Notes: generated by a model not told the origin, from the sequence alone. 64,000 bases of DNA from Eledone cirrhosa (GCA_964016885.1 OZ024759.1:9362001-9426000), one strand, 5' to 3'; counted from the first letter of the stretch, positions 39,838 through 55,755 are shown. Numbers and translations are program-made.

Positions 39838-40749
39838 TTTCGAATCTATGAGATTTTGAAAGTATTTATTTAGAGAACAATACCTTAACATCAGTTTGAG
39901 TGACCAGTTACAACAGAAAGAGGTAGAGAATTCTGGCCAGTTTTGGCCGGTTTGAACACTAAAGAGTTAAACAATAACTTCCCACCTGCACTCAGTGGTT
40001 TTTAAGTGAGAGTCAGTTCCCATAAACCGATCCCACTCTTTAGGATATGGAGTCCTTCCCCAGTGGCTCAGCATGCTGAGATGACTGTGGCGACTGCCAG
40101 GCTGTAGGTTTTACATCAGAGTGTCCTCCTGGCCTCTCGTTCAAAAGCTTATCCCTGGGGGTACTGGGGATTTGGAGTCACAGTTTCCCTTCTCCTAGGC
40201 TGGTTGCCAACCAAACCTAATATGAGTCGAGCCTGCCCATCGTCCAGTTATACTGCTGAGTACCTGGTGTATACCAGGAGGTACCACAGGAATGTGTTGC
40301 TGGAGACAGTTGAGACAGAGAGGCCGTAGGCATGCAGACACAGTTACTTCCCCTGGACAGGAGAGGCCCTGTCATCGCATCACTGTCCTTGATTAGGCAG
40401 GAAGTCCAGCCCCCCCACCCTACTATTACTACTACTACTACTACTAGCACCACAATGGCAACAACACGCCACCACCACCATCATCACCACTGCGCTCAAT
40501 ATTGAAATCATTCTCCGTATCTTTCTTTTTAACCCTCTCTCCTCTTTTTTATTCTCCTCTACCCCCCCCCCCCCCCCACCGTCTATACTCTCCTCCATTT
40601 CCTTATTCTTCTTTATTTCCCTCCTCTCCCCGCCACCCATCTATTTGCCTTATCCTCCCCTTCTTTTATCCCCCTCCCTCCTTATTCCTATTCTTCTCCA
40701 CTTCCTTCCACACCTCTTTTTCTAATCCCTCTCTGCTTGCTGCTTCTTT

Positions 40750-41404
40750 TTCTTTCTCTCCCTACTCTCTTTCTCCTCTCACTATCTCTCTTGTTTCCCC
40801 CTCTCTCTCTCTCTCTCCCCACTTTCTCTCCCTACTCTCACTATCTCTCACCATCTCTCTCTCTCTCTCTACTCTCACTATCTCTCTCGTTTCCCCCCCT
40901 CTCTCTCTCTCTCCCCACTTTCTCTCCCTACTCTCACTATCTCTCACCATCTCTCTCTCTCTCTCTACTCTCACTATCTCTCTCGTTTCCCCCTCTCTCT
41001 CTCTCTCTCTCTCCCCACTTTCTCTCCCTACTCTCACTATCTCTCTCGTCCCCCCTCTCTCTCTCTCCCCACTTTCTCTCCCTACTCTCACTATCTCTCA
41101 CCATCTCTCTCTCTCTCTCTCTCTACTCTCACTATCTCTCTCGTTTCCCCCTCTCTCTCTCTCTCTCCCCACTTTCTCTCCCTACTCTCACTATCTCTCA
41201 CCATCTCTCTCTCTCTCTCTCTACTCTCACTATCTCTCGTTTCCCCCTCTCTCTCTCTCTCCCCACTTTCTCTCCCTACTCTCACTATCTCTCACCATCT
41301 CTCACTATCTCTCACCATCTCTCTCGTCCCCCTCTCTCTCTCTCCCCACTTTCTCTCCCTACTCTCACTATCTCTCACCATCTCTCTCTCACTATCTCTC
41401 ACCA

Positions 41405-41441
<37 letters not shown>

Positions 41442-41460
41442 CTCACCATCTCTCTCGACC
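40750..41460. repeat. CT-rich minisatellite (ctctcactatctctc/ccccactttctc)
   Basis: Direct inspection. Confidence 0.85.
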
Positions 41461-41764
41461 CCCCCCCCCCACACTCCCCACTTTCTCTCCCTACTCTCTC
41501 TGCACTCTCTCCTTTCCTACTCTGTCTATCTCTCTTTCTTCCCCACTCTCTTAGTCTATCTCTCTTCGGCCTTTTCCTTGTTTCCCTTTTCTTCCCCCCC
41601 CCCCTCCCACCCTCTCACTGCTGTCATTTAACCCAACAAAGCTGCAAATCTCTCACATTTCGACCAGGAAGAAGAAGAAGTAATATTTATCTTCCATATT
41701 TCCATCGACGGTCACCCTACATCACTGGAGTCTCCTGCTTTCGCCTCACCATATGTTCCATCTC

Positions 41765-42096
41765 CATCATATATACACACACATGTAATATACATCATAT
41801 ATATACATCATATATATATATACACACACACCTGCATGCATACATCATATATATATAGTACACATATTGTGCAGCCACCTGTATGATCACATCTCACAAT
41901 CCATACATATATACACATATATACACACACACACCTGCATGCATACATCATATATATATAGTACACATATTGTGCAGCGATCTGTATGATCAGATCTCAC
42001 AATCCATACATATATACACATATATATACACACATATGTAATATACGTCATATATATACACATATGTAATATATATATACACACATATGTAATATA

Positions 42097-42140
<44 letters not shown>

Positions 42141-42456
42141 CTGTATGCATACATCATATATATATACACATATTGTGCAGCGATCTGTATGATCACAACT
42201 CACAATCCATACATATATACACATATATATATATATACACATATGTAATATACATCATATATATACACATATGTAATATACGTCATATATATACATCACA
42301 TATATATATATGTATGATCACAACTCACAATCATAGTGACACATATATATATACACATATGTAATATACGTCATATATATACACATATGTAATATATATA
42401 TTCACACACATATGTAATATATATATATATATATACACACATATGTAATATACATC

Positions 42457-42490
<34 letters not shown>

Positions 42491-42626
42491 CTGTATGCAT
42501 ACATCATATATATAGTACACATATTGTGCAGCGATCTGTATGATCACAACTCACAATCCATATATATATACACATATATACACACATATGTAATATACGT
42601 CATATATATATATATACACATATGTA

Positions 42627-42660
<34 letters not shown>

Positions 42661-42807
42661 GTAATATACGTCATATATACATATATACACATATGTAATA
42701 TATATATATACACACACATGTAATATACACATATATACACACATATGTAATATACGTCATATATATACACATATGTAATATATATATATACACACATATG
42801 TAATATA

Positions 42808-42869
<62 letters not shown>

Positions 42870-43004
42870 CTGTATGCATACATCATATATATATATACAT
42901 TGTGCAGCGATCTGTATGATCACAACTCACAATCCATACATATATACACATATATACACACATATGTAATATACGTCATATATATATATATATACACATA
43001 TGTA

Positions 43005-43035
<31 letters not shown>

Positions 43036-43200
43036 TATAATATACGTCATATATACATATATACACATATGTAATATATATATATACACACACATGTAAT
43101 ATACGTCATATATACACACATATTTAGTATACATCATATATATATATATACATATGTAGTATACATCATATATATATGTACATATATATGTAGTATATAT
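41765..43200. repeat. Complex TA/CA tandem array with recurring anchor gtgcagcgatctgtatgatcacaactcacaatcc
   Basis: Anchor at about 41868, 41972, 42175, 42526, 42902. Confidence 0.8.
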
Positions 43201-43266
43201 ACCTATTGTGCAGACACGTGCGTGCTTGTCAATTGCGTACACAGGTATATATATTCTACAACAACC

Positions 43267-43307
<41 letters not shown>

Positions 43308-44127
43308 ATATTTGGGGAGGGTCATATTTGCGTAATATTGCCAGAATTAATAACAGAACACACGATTTCATATAAAAAACCTCGCAAAACTAATTCATCG
43401 CCGCTATATATATATATATATATATATATAATAAAAATTACATAATCGTGTTTGATTTATTAACAATCATATAAACACACACGAAGACACACGTATATAT
43501 ACATACACACACACACACATATATATATACATACATACATATATATATATATATACACATATATATATACATACATACTTACATATATATATATATATAC
43601 ATACATACATATATACACATCTGGACATATATTTAGACACATTTATAGATGCATCTACACACATACTTGTCTCATAAACACTATATATACATGTCACATA
43701 CACACTATCTTATATACACTGACAGACGGATGTAAACACACCTGCATATACATGTTTACATACAAACACACCTTGATGTCTTCTGCATAGTCACACACAC
43801 ATTCACATACATACATACATATACACATATACCCATACATACATACATACATATATATACACATATACCCATACATACATACATACATACATATACACAT
43901 ATACCCATACATACATATACACATACATACATATACACATACACACTCACACATACAAACATATACATATACACATACATACACACAAACATACATATAC
44001 ATACACACACACACGCAAACATATACATACACACATATAAATACAAAACCATATTGAAACCACCTTCATCGTTGCAAACATACATACGTGTATATACACA
44101 TAAACACACCTACGCATACACGTGTGC

Positions 44128-44181
<54 letters not shown>

Positions 44182-44655
44182 CTAACCCTACCTACACATT
44201 CTTACACACATAGATGTGTGTATATATATACACAGACCCACCTAAGTACACACATATACCACATGCATATACACACCGCATAGATGTCTCTATACACACA
44301 GACCCATTTACACATGCATATACACACATAAACTCACATACATATACACACATAGAGATGTGTATATGTACATAGACCTACCTTCTACACATACATATAC
44401 ACACAGATGTATGTATATACATAAACCTACCTACATATATATATAGATGTGTATATACATCAACTCAGCTACATATATACACACATAGATGTGTATATAC
44501 ATCAACTCAGCTACATATATACACACATATGTGTATATAGACCCACCTACGCTTCCTACATACATATACACACAGGTTGCTTAGAAATCACATAATATAT
44601 ATATATTAATAAACGGATCTTGGTACCGTGTATATACACCGTCGTAGATAGACAC

Positions 44656-44686
<31 letters not shown>

Positions 44687-44814
44687 CGTCGTAGATAGAC
44701 ACTATATATATATACACACCATCGTAGATAGGCACTATATATACACACCATCGTAGATAGGCACTATATACACACCGTCGTTGACACTATATATATACAC
44801 ACCATCGTTGACAC

Positions 44815-44845
<31 letters not shown>

Positions 44846-45662
44846 CATCGTTGACACTATATATATACACACCGTCGTGTGACACTATATAATCACACTA
44901 TATAAACACACTATATATACACACACTATATATAAACACACTATATATACACACACTATATATATACACACACTATATATATACACTATATACACACAAT
45001 ATACACTATATATACACACTATATACACACAATATACACTATATATACACACAATATACACTATATATACACACAATATACACACATCTGCTGGGAGACT
45101 TCTAGGAGAAATCATGGAAATATTTCGATTCTTCCAGTCAACTCAGTAAGACAACTTCTCTTATTTACAAACATCTTACTATTGTGTGTATATATATGTC
45201 TGTGTGTGTATATATATATGTGTATGTGTGTATATATGTGTCTGTGTGTGTGTATATATATATATATGCGTGTGTGTGTATATATATGTTATTGTGTGTA
45301 TATATGCCTGTGTGTGTGTGTATATATATGTGTCTGTGTGTATATGTATGTGTGTGTATATATGTGTCTGTGTGTGTATGTGTATATATATATATATGCG
45401 TGTGTGTGTATATATGTTATTGTGTGTATATATGCCTGTGTGTGTGTGTATATATATGTGTCTGTGTGAATATGTGTGTGTATATATATGTCTGTGTGTG
45501 TGTATATGTATGTGTATTTATATATATATGCGTGTGTGTATATATATATGTGTGTGTGTGTATATATATATATATGTGTGTGTTTGTGTGTATATGTGTG
45601 TATATATATGTGTCTGTGTGTATGTGTATATATGTGTCTGTATATATATATATATATATATA

Positions 45663-46128
45663 TACAATATTAAATAAATGGAAAACTATATTTATAAAAC
45701 CATATCTATTTCATTATATATATTTCGGGGATATCATATTAACAATATGCTATGCCTTCATCAGACAAAATACAATATAAACAGTTTTATAGATAAATAT
45801 ATTCGACATACCGTAATAAACATCAACTTCATTTGAAGAGGTTCACTCTAGCAGAGTGAACCTCTTCAAATGAAGTTGATGTTTATTACGGTATGTCGAA
45901 TATATTTATCTATAAAACTGTTTATATTGTATTTTGTCTGATGAAGGCATAGCATATTGTTAATATGATATCCCCGAAATATATATAATGAAATAGATAT
46001 GGTTTTATAAATATAGTTTTCCATTTATTTAATATTGTAAATATACTCCAAGTATTTGTCGAGTGCTTTTATATCAGTTATAAATATTTACTAGTTGTAA
46101 CCCAACAATTTTAAATATAACTTTACAT
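45663..46128. mobile_element. Fold-back element family D with two hammerheads (+ 45932-45993)
   Basis: About 185-bp near-perfect inverted arms around a tagca centre; intact CUGAUGA/GAAA cores; tail contains tcgagtgct. Confidence 0.9.
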
Positions 46129-46289
46129 GTATATATATATATATATATATGCGTGTGTGTATATATATATATGTGTGTGTGTATATATATATATATATAA
46201 TATATGTGTGTGAGTGTGTGTTGGTTTTTTTGTTATTGTTACTGCTACTGCTGCTGTGTTAGTAGTAGTAGTAGTAGCAATTACCCAAT

Positions 46290-46462
46290 CTGGTAACAGA
46301 CCCAGTCCAGATGTGAAATATAGGGGTAACAGACCCAGGCCAGATGTGAAATATAGACCTCCACTGGTAACAGACCCAGTCCAGATGTGAAATATAGGGG
46401 TAACAGACCCAGGCCAGATGTGAAATATAGGCCTCCACTGGTAACAGACCCAGTCCAGATGT
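46290..46462. repeat. Short tandem array of ggtaacagacccag(t/g)ccagatgtgaaatatag, 5 units
   Basis: Direct inspection; alternating variants. Confidence 0.85.
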
Positions 46463-46683
46463 AAAAGACTCTTCGTACTCCTGGAGATGAGGGTTGCACA
46501 TTTTTTAGGGGGTATATGTTACCCATATGAAATGTCTCCCCCTATTGGGGAAAATCGATTAACTTTTAAATTGCATTTGTGATAATATTTTACACGTTTT
46601 TATTGTATGTAAACTTCCCCCTTTGTATTTGTCCCCTTCTTTTGTGCCCCTGTGGCTAATAAAGAAACATATCTATATTCATA

Positions 46684-46897
46684 TCATCATCATCATCGTT
46701 TAACATCCATCTTCCACGCTTGCATGGGTTTGGACGGGAGTTTTCCCACTTGAGGCAAGATTGGTTGTCTTGCTCGTATAGGACTGTGTGGCAGGTTTTC
46801 TACAGCTGGATGCCCTTCCTAACACCAACCACGTTTACAGTGTGGACTGGGAGGTTTTTACCGTCTTACCTACACGGCCACATTACAGCGTGGACTG
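46684..46897 (-). mobile_element. RTE family C 3' end
   Basis: Matches 4683-4839 and 7270-7504. Confidence 0.8.
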
Positions 46898-47039
46898 ATA
46901 TATATATATATATATGTATGTGTATGTAAAAGGTAAACAGAAATAACAACACAATCAGTACAGTATATGGAAGGGATATATTAGGTTAACACATATATAT
47001 AACATGAGTTGACAGTAAATGTCTTTCAACCATTTAATA

Positions 47040-47149
47040 GCTTTACAAATGTTTCACTACATTTTATTCTTTTTAATGTCTGTCTAATTTAGTTAAAGTT
47101 GGTATTGGGTATAAGAAAGCATTAATAAATATTGTACATCTTCAGAAGC
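47040..47149 (-). ncRNA. Hammerhead motif with a long helix II insert
   Basis: GCUU CUGAAGA UGUACAAU..(about 70 nt)..AAUGUAGU GAAA CAUUUG UA AAGC. Confidence 0.55.
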
Positions 47150-47380
47150 ACTATAAATGATTGGACAATGTGTTACAATTCAGCAAACCTACAGAGGGCG
47201 ACATCTTTAATGAAAATATGTTTATATGTGTGTATGGAAATATGAATATGTTATGTATCTGTGTGTGTTAATACAGCAGGGCCGTCCCCACACATTCGTG
47301 TCCGGGGGTTGGGGGGTTCAGATCACCGCAAGTGGGGTGGGGCTTGTGGAGCACTGTAATTCAAAGAACACACACATAGG

Positions 47381-47590
47381 GCGGTGGATTAGCAGTATCG
47401 GTAGAGGGTCGGACGCCGTGCTTTGCAGCATAGAGTTACGGCCCTTTATGATCTGAGTTCAAATCCCAACAAGGTTAATTTTGCCTTTCATCCCTACGGA
47501 GTCGCTAAAATAAAGTACCAGTCACACACTGGTGTCGATTTAATCGACTTTCGCCACCCCCAAAATTGCTGGCCTTGTGCCTATATAAAA
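47381..47590 (+). mobile_element. SINE family A variant
   Basis: A/B boxes; longer internal segment before ttgctggccttgtgcc. Confidence 0.8.
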
Positions 47591-47619
47591 AACCCATTGT
47601 TATTATTACTATATATATA

Positions 47620-47965
47620 TCTCAGTTCTCCTTTGGGAGCCCCTACATGGACACACTAGAAGAGGAAGACCAAGGTTAACATATGTTGATGCCCTAAGGA
47701 CAGACACTGGTCTGTTGGAGATGCAGGATATGGCAGCGATAATGAGGGACAGAGACCGCTGGAGAGAACTCGTCCATGGATCTCGGGAATTTTACCCGCC
47801 TTAGATAGAGAGAGATATATATCTAGGGTGGGTAAAATTCCCGAGATCCATGGACGAGTTCTCTCCAACAGTCTCTGTCCTTCATCTTCACCGTTGTGTC
47901 CCGCATCTCCCTGAGACCAATGTCTGCCCTCAGGACGTCAACATATGTCACCGTCGGTCTCCCTC
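47620..47965. mobile_element. Two tail-to-tail LINE 3' ends (RTE-like family 3)
   Basis: RGRPRLTYVDALRTDTG..RDRDRWRELV on + ending in agatag; a diverged second copy on - from 47822. Confidence 0.75.
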
Positions 47966-48037
47966 CTGCAGTGTCTCCATGAGTCCCGGGTTCAGTCGGG
48001 TGTAACTACAGTTAGTAAGGTACTTGACTGACTGACT

Positions 48038-48104
<67 letters not shown>

Positions 48105-48192
48105 ATTTTCGAAGTCTGAGGGGCCAGCCTTGAGAAATAGAGGGCGGAGCAATACCATACAAAGTCCACCCTTCCTACATGGTGGTGTATCC

Positions 48193-48252
<60 letters not shown>

Positions 48253-48374
48253 GCACGTTAGACCATTCCATATGTTTGCTGCTGTTAAATTGCGTTGCTG
48301 CGTTACCATGGTGATAAAAAAACAGCATCATCCGATTCAGTGTCGTTTTCACAACTGTTCATTGTCATCGTAAT

Positions 48375-49141
48375 AATCACCACCATCACTACCATCATCA
48401 TCACCATCGCCACCATTACCGTCACTACCATCATCATCATCACCACCATCACCACCATCATCACCACTACCATCTTCACCACTACCATCACCACCACCAT
48501 CACCATCATCACCACCACCATCACCACCACCACTACCATCACCACCACCACCACCACCACCACCATCACCATCACCACCATCACCACCATCATCATCACC
48601 ACCACCATCACCACCACCATCACCACCACCACCACCACCATCACCACCACCACCATCACCACCACCATCACCACCACCACCACCATCACCACCACCACCA
48701 CCACCACCATCACCACCACCACCACCACCATCACCACCACCACCACCACCATCACCACCATCACCACCATCACCACCACCACCACCACCATCACCATCAC
48801 CACCATCACCACCATCACCACCATCATCATCACCACCACCATCACCACCACCATCACCACCACCACCACCACCATCACCACCACCACCATCACCACCACC
48901 ATCACCACCATCACCACCACCACCACCACCATCACCACCACCACCACCACCACCATCACCACCACCACCACCACCACCACCACCATCACCACCACCACCA
49001 CCACCACCACCACCATCACCACCATCACCACCACCACCATCACCACCACCACCACCATCACCACCATCACCGCCATCACCACCACCACCACCACCACCAT
49101 CACCACCACCACCATCACCACCACCACCACCACCATCACCA
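48375..49141. repeat. (CAC/CAT)n microsatellite
   Basis: Direct inspection. Confidence 0.95.
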
Positions 49142-50049
49142 ACTTCGTCGATGAGTTGTTTTCTCTGCGAGTAACATCTCTTACATAAGTGTGTATATGT
49201 GTGTATATGTGTGTGTATGTGTGTATATGTGTGTATAAGTGTGTATATGTGTGTATATGTGTGTATAAGTGTGTACATGTATGTGTGTATAAGTGTGTAT
49301 GTATGTATATACATGTATGTGTGTATAAGTGTGTGTATGTGTGTACCTGTATGTGTGTATAAATGTGTATGTGTGTATGTATGTGTGTACCTGTGTGTAT
49401 GTGTGTAGATATGTGTACATGTATAAGTTTATGTATGTGTTAGTGTGTATGTATATATATGTGTGTGTATAAGTTTGTGTGTATGTATAAGTTTGTGTGT
49501 ATGTATATATATGTGTGTATGTATATATATGTGTGTATGTTTGTGTGTATGTATATGTATGTGTGTATAAGTTTGTGTGTATGTGTTAGTGTGTATGTAT
49601 ATAAGTGTATGTGTTAGTGTGTATGTATATGTATGTGTGTATAAGTTTGTGTGTATGTGTTAGTGTGTATGTATATATATGTGTGTATAAGTTTGTGTGT
49701 ATGTGTTAGTGTGTATGTATATATATGTGTGTATAAGTTTGTGTGTATGTGTTAGTGTGTATGTATATATATGTGTGTATGTGTTAGTGTGTATGTATAT
49801 AAGTGTATGTGTAAGGGTATGTGTACATAAATTATGAAATGTCATTCGGTATCTATAACGTCACCAGACTCCCCCTCTCTCATATTCACTATCTCTCTCT
49901 CCCCCTCTCATATACACTATCTCTCTCTCCCCCTCTCATATACACTATCTCTCTCTTCCCCCTTCTCTCATATACACTATCTCTCTCTCCCCCTCTCTCA
50001 TACACTACCTCTATCTCCCCCTCTCTCATGTACACTATCTCTCTCCCCA

Positions 50050-51218
50050 TATGTACACACACACATGTACACACATATGTACACACACATATGTACACAT
50101 ATATGTACACACACATATGTACACACACATATGTACACACACATGTACACACACATATGTACACACACATATGTACACATATATGTACACACACATGTAC
50201 ACACACATATGTACACACATATGTACACACACCTATGTACACACACCTATGTACACACACATATGTACACACACATGTGTACACACACATATGTACACAC
50301 ATATATGTACACACACATATGTACACACATATATCTACACACACATATGTACACACACATATGTACACACATGTACACACACATATGTACACATATATAT
50401 GTACACACACATATGTACACACATGTACACACACATATGTACACATATATGTACACACATATATGTACACACACACATGTACACACACATGTACACACAC
50501 ATATATGTACACACACACATGTACACACACATATATGTACACACACACATGTACACACACATATATGTACACACACACATGTACACACACATATGTACAC
50601 ACATATGTACACACACATATGTACACATATATATGTACACACACATATGTACACACATGTACACACACATATGTACACACACACATATGTACACACACAC
50701 ATGTACACACACATATATGTACACACACATATATGTACACACACATATATGTACACACACACATGTACACACACATATGTACACATGTACACACACATAT
50801 GTACACACATATATGTACACACACACTTGTAAACACACACATGTACACACATATGTACACACACATATGTACATATATATGTACACACACACATATGTAC
50901 ACACACATATGTACACACATATATGTACACACACATATGTACACACACATATATGTACACACACATATGTACACACATATATGTACACACACATATGTAC
51001 ACACACATATATGTACACACACATATGTACACACATATATGTACACACATATATGTACACACACATATGTACACATATATGTACACACACACATATGTAC
51101 ACACACATATGTACACACACACACACATGTACACACACATGTACACACATATATGTACACACACATATGTACACATATATGTACATATATGTACACACAC
51201 ATATGTACACACATGTAT
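50050..51218. repeat. (ATGTACACACACAT)-like minisatellite
   Basis: Direct inspection. Confidence 0.9.
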
Positions 51219-51983
51219 GTAGACTGATATTTATAAGGAAAAGAAATGTACATTTACGTCAAATGAATGTGTGTGTGTATGTATATATATATGTGTGTAT
51301 GTATGTATGTGTGTCTATTTGTATATATATATATATGTGTGTGTGTGTATGTACGTATGTATGAGTGTGTGTGACTGTGTATATGTATATATATATATAT
51401 GTATGTGTATGTGTGTGTATTTATGTATGTGTGTGTGTATTTATGTATGTATGTGTGTGTATATATATATATATGTGTGTGTATATGTATGTATGTGTGT
51501 ATGTATATATATATGTGTGTATTTATGTATGTATGTGTGTCTATTTGTATATATATATATGTGTGTGTGTGTATGTACGTATGTATGAGTGTGTGTGACT
51601 GTGTATATGTATATATATATATGTATGTGTATGTGTGTGTATTTATGTATGTGTGTGTGTATTTATGTATGTATGTGTGTGTATATATATATATATGTGT
51701 GTGTATATGTATGTATGTGTGTGTGTATGTATATATATATGTGTGTATGTATGTATGTGTGTCTATTTGTATATATATATATGTGTGTGTGTATGTACGT
51801 ATGTATGAGTGTGTGTGACTGTGTATATGTATATATGTATGTGTGTGTGTGTATTTATGTATGTATATATGTGTGTATATGTATGTGTGTGTATTTATGT
51901 ATGTATGTGTGTGTGTATTTATGTATGTATGTGTGTGTGTTTATGTATGTATGTGTGTGTATTTATGTATGTATGTGTGTGTG

Positions 51984-52014
<31 letters not shown>

Positions 52015-52083
52015 ACTTATGTACGTATGTGTGTGTGTACTTATGTACGTATGTGTGTGTGTATTTATGTACGTATGTGTGTG

Positions 52084-52114
<31 letters not shown>

Positions 52115-52159
52115 ACTTATGTACGTATGTGTGTGTGTATTTATGTACGTATGTGTGTG

Positions 52160-52190
<31 letters not shown>

Positions 52191-52649
52191 ACTTATGTAC
52201 GTATGTGTGTGTGTACTTATGTACGTATGTGTGTGTATATATATATATGTGTGTGTATGTATCCGTGTGTATACGCTGCAGCTGTTTCGACATGTGTATT
52301 GAAAATGCTAATTATGTCCGATATAAGACTTTACGTAATTATATATACACTATATATATATATACACTATATATATATATATATATATATACACTATATA
52401 TATATATACACTATATATATATATATATATACACTATATATATATATATATACACTATATATATATATATATACTATATATATATATATATACACTATAT
52501 ATATATATATATATACACTATATATATATATATATATATACACTATATATATATATATATACACTATATATATATATATATACTATATATATATATATAT
52601 ACACTATATATATACACTATATATATATATATATATATATATATGAACA

Positions 52650-52737
52650 TTTTCCTATTACCCACTCTACTACACTAAGTATTGAGTACTCTGGTGCGTT
52701 ATGGTCCACCCGGTTCCTTACCACACTTCCTACGCTA
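52650..52737 (+). mobile_element. Family B 3' tail fragment
   Basis: ttcctattacccactctactacactaagtattgagtactctggtgcgttatggtcc. Confidence 0.8.
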
Positions 52738-52742
52738 TGATG

Positions 52743-52923
<181 letters not shown>

Positions 52924-53003
52924 TATATATATATATATATATATATAGTGTATATATATATATATATATATATAGTGTGTATATATATATATATATATAT
53001 ATA

Positions 53004-53061
<58 letters not shown>

Positions 53062-53238
53062 TATATATATACTATATATATATACACACTATATATATAT
53101 ACTATATATATATACTATATATATATATATACTATATATATATACTATATATATATATATACTATATATATATATATATATATATACACTATATATATAT
53201 ATATATATATATATACACTATATATATATATATATATA

Positions 53239-53272
<34 letters not shown>

Positions 53273-53298
53273 TATATATATATATATATATATATATA

Positions 53299-53439
<141 letters not shown>

Positions 53440-53518
53440 TATATATATATATATATATACACTATATATATATATATATACACACTATATATATATACAC
53501 ACTATATATATATATACA

Positions 53519-53554
<36 letters not shown>

Positions 53555-53583
53555 TATATATATATATATATATATATACACAC

Positions 53584-53614
<31 letters not shown>

Positions 53615-53866
53615 TATATATATATATATATATACACACACTATATATATATATACATTATTTATATATATATACATATATTACACTAAAATAATACAAC
53701 TGGCTTTCCACAAAATACATATAGTTAGCACCCAAACGTAAAATTGGGATTATACTAAGGTATATCCTAATGTTTGTTGAGTGAGACGGTAGCCAGTCAG
53801 AGTATTGCTTAAAGTTTTCTCTGTTAATGTATTAAATATATACACTATATATATATTCACTATATA

Positions 53867-54082
53867 TCATCATCATCAACGTTTAACGTCCATCTTCCAT
53901 GCTTGCATGGGTTTAGACGGGAGTTGTCCCACTTGAGGCAAGAGTGGTTGTCTTGCTCGTATAGGACTGTCTGGCGGGTTTTCTACGGTTGGATGCCCTT
54001 CCTAACACCAACCACGTTTACAGTGTGGACTGGGAGGTTTTTACCGTGTTACCTACACGGCCACATTACAGCGTGGACTGTG
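53867..54082 (-). mobile_element. RTE family C 3' end
   Basis: Matches 46684-46897. Confidence 0.8.
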
Positions 54083-54120
54083 TTATATATATATACACTA
54101 TATATATATATATATATATT

Positions 54121-54183
54121 TAGGAGGTGAAATGTGCATAATAAAATACATGGAACTTTTTTAACCATCTTTTAATTTCTTCT
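54121..54183. mobile_element. Minimal copy of the 200-728 family
   Basis: taggaggtga (reverse complement of 715-724) joined to gaaatgtgcataataaaatacatggaact..ttaaccatctttt. Confidence 0.7.
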
Positions 54184-54197
54184 TATATATATATATA

Positions 54198-54272
<75 letters not shown>

Positions 54273-54325
54273 TATATATATATTTATATATATAATGTAT
54301 ATATATATATACATTATATATATAT

Positions 54326-54481
54326 ATTAAAATAACAGATTAAAGTTTAAGCAAAGAATTGCTGCTTAAACTTTAATGTTATTTTAATAAATATTTGCTC
54401 TACGGTTCTTATATATTTGATATATATTTATCCTTATCGAGCCCTCTTTGGATTTTAGTCTTCAAATTTATTATTATTACT
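54326..54481. mobile_element. Fold-back element family E
   Basis: Reverse-orientation homolog of 28379-28590. Confidence 0.75.
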
Positions 54482-54521
54482 ATACATTATATATATATAT
54501 ATATACACTATATCTCCACTA

Positions 54522-54563
<42 letters not shown>

Positions 54564-54587
54564 CACACTATATATATATATATATAT

Positions 54588-54683
<96 letters not shown>

Positions 54684-54730
54684 TATATATATATATATAT
54701 ATATATATACACTATATATATATATATATA

Positions 54731-54774
<44 letters not shown>

Positions 54775-54825
54775 TATATATATATATATATATATATACA
54801 CTATATATATATATATATATATATA

Positions 54826-54861
<36 letters not shown>

Positions 54862-54920
54862 TATATATATATATATATACACTATATATATATATATACA
54901 CACTATATATATATATATAT

Positions 54921-55256
54921 AATAACTAGAAATTGATTAACATATATATAAACATGAATAATCACAGGAGATAATTTTTAATCATATTAAAAGGTATCTA
55001 TTTTTGAAGTTCTAGTCAACTTTATTTATTTAGTTACCTACCTAGCTATATGTGGTTACACACTTGTAAAAATTATCTCCTGTGATTATTCATGTTTATT
55101 TATATGTTAATCAATTTCTAGTTATTATAAAATGCTCGGACCTACTCATTAGAATCTTTAAGCTTATTTTCCGGGTGATATGGCGCATGTCTTTCTGACA
55201 TGACACCCATAATTTTGATTTGGATTGAATTCATTTAATTTATCTTAATTTTGGAT
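54921..55256. mobile_element. Fold-back element in (TA)n, a further family
   Basis: 60-bp inverted arms 54921-54980 / 55067-55126 plus a unique tail. Confidence 0.7.
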
Positions 55257-55706
55257 ATAGATATATATAGCTACACATACACACACAGCTGTGGCGAATC
55301 TTAGAACACTTGACTTCTATAGTTTCTCACCCTCTCCTTCCTCAGTCATCACATAGATGCGTATGCATGTAATAATTATTTTTTCTAAGTGTATCTGTTT
55401 ATATGTATGTATGTATGTATGTATGTGTAGATGAGTGTGTGTTTGTTATTCTATTGTCTATGTACCTTTCTAAATAAACACACACACACACAAACATGTA
55501 CACTCACACAAATATTATATATAAATATAATTTACACAAACACATATATACACACACACAAACATACACATACACATAACAGCTAATGGGTGTAGCCAAT
55601 TTCTATACATATAGACACACAGGTATAGCGAATATTGGATGCTGCCACCCCTTCCTTCCTCAGTCATCTCTTGTGACGGACAAATACATAAGCATATTAT
55701 ATATTA

Positions 55707-55755
<49 letters not shown>

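Larger units (their letters stand above)
38496..39966. mobile_element. piggyBac-like non-autonomous element
   Basis: TTAA|ccctttagcattca ... tgaacactaaagag|TTAA: imperfect TIRs with TTAA duplication. Confidence 0.7.
35105..40425 (-). mobile_element. Near-full-length decayed RTE (BovB-like) LINE, interrupted at 38496-39966
   Basis: APE motifs (ISVYAP, IVIMGDFN, GHGIGNCNDNG); RT motifs (NYHGITLLS, ENQCGFR, KAFDRV, GMKQGCVL, FPDD, HFTYLGS, WAGHV); 5' UTR-like 39971-40425 is tentative; (TAC/TAA)n on both flanks. Confidence 0.85.

Noticed and set aside
38675-39859. 394-aa and 376-aa repetitive ORFs
   Set aside because: In-frame reading of a 72-bp minisatellite starting inside a SINE tail
48302-48315. 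RFX X-box-like gttaccatggtgat (and YY1-like aagatggcg near 60459)
   Set aside because: Single short motifs with no supporting gene or promoter evidence
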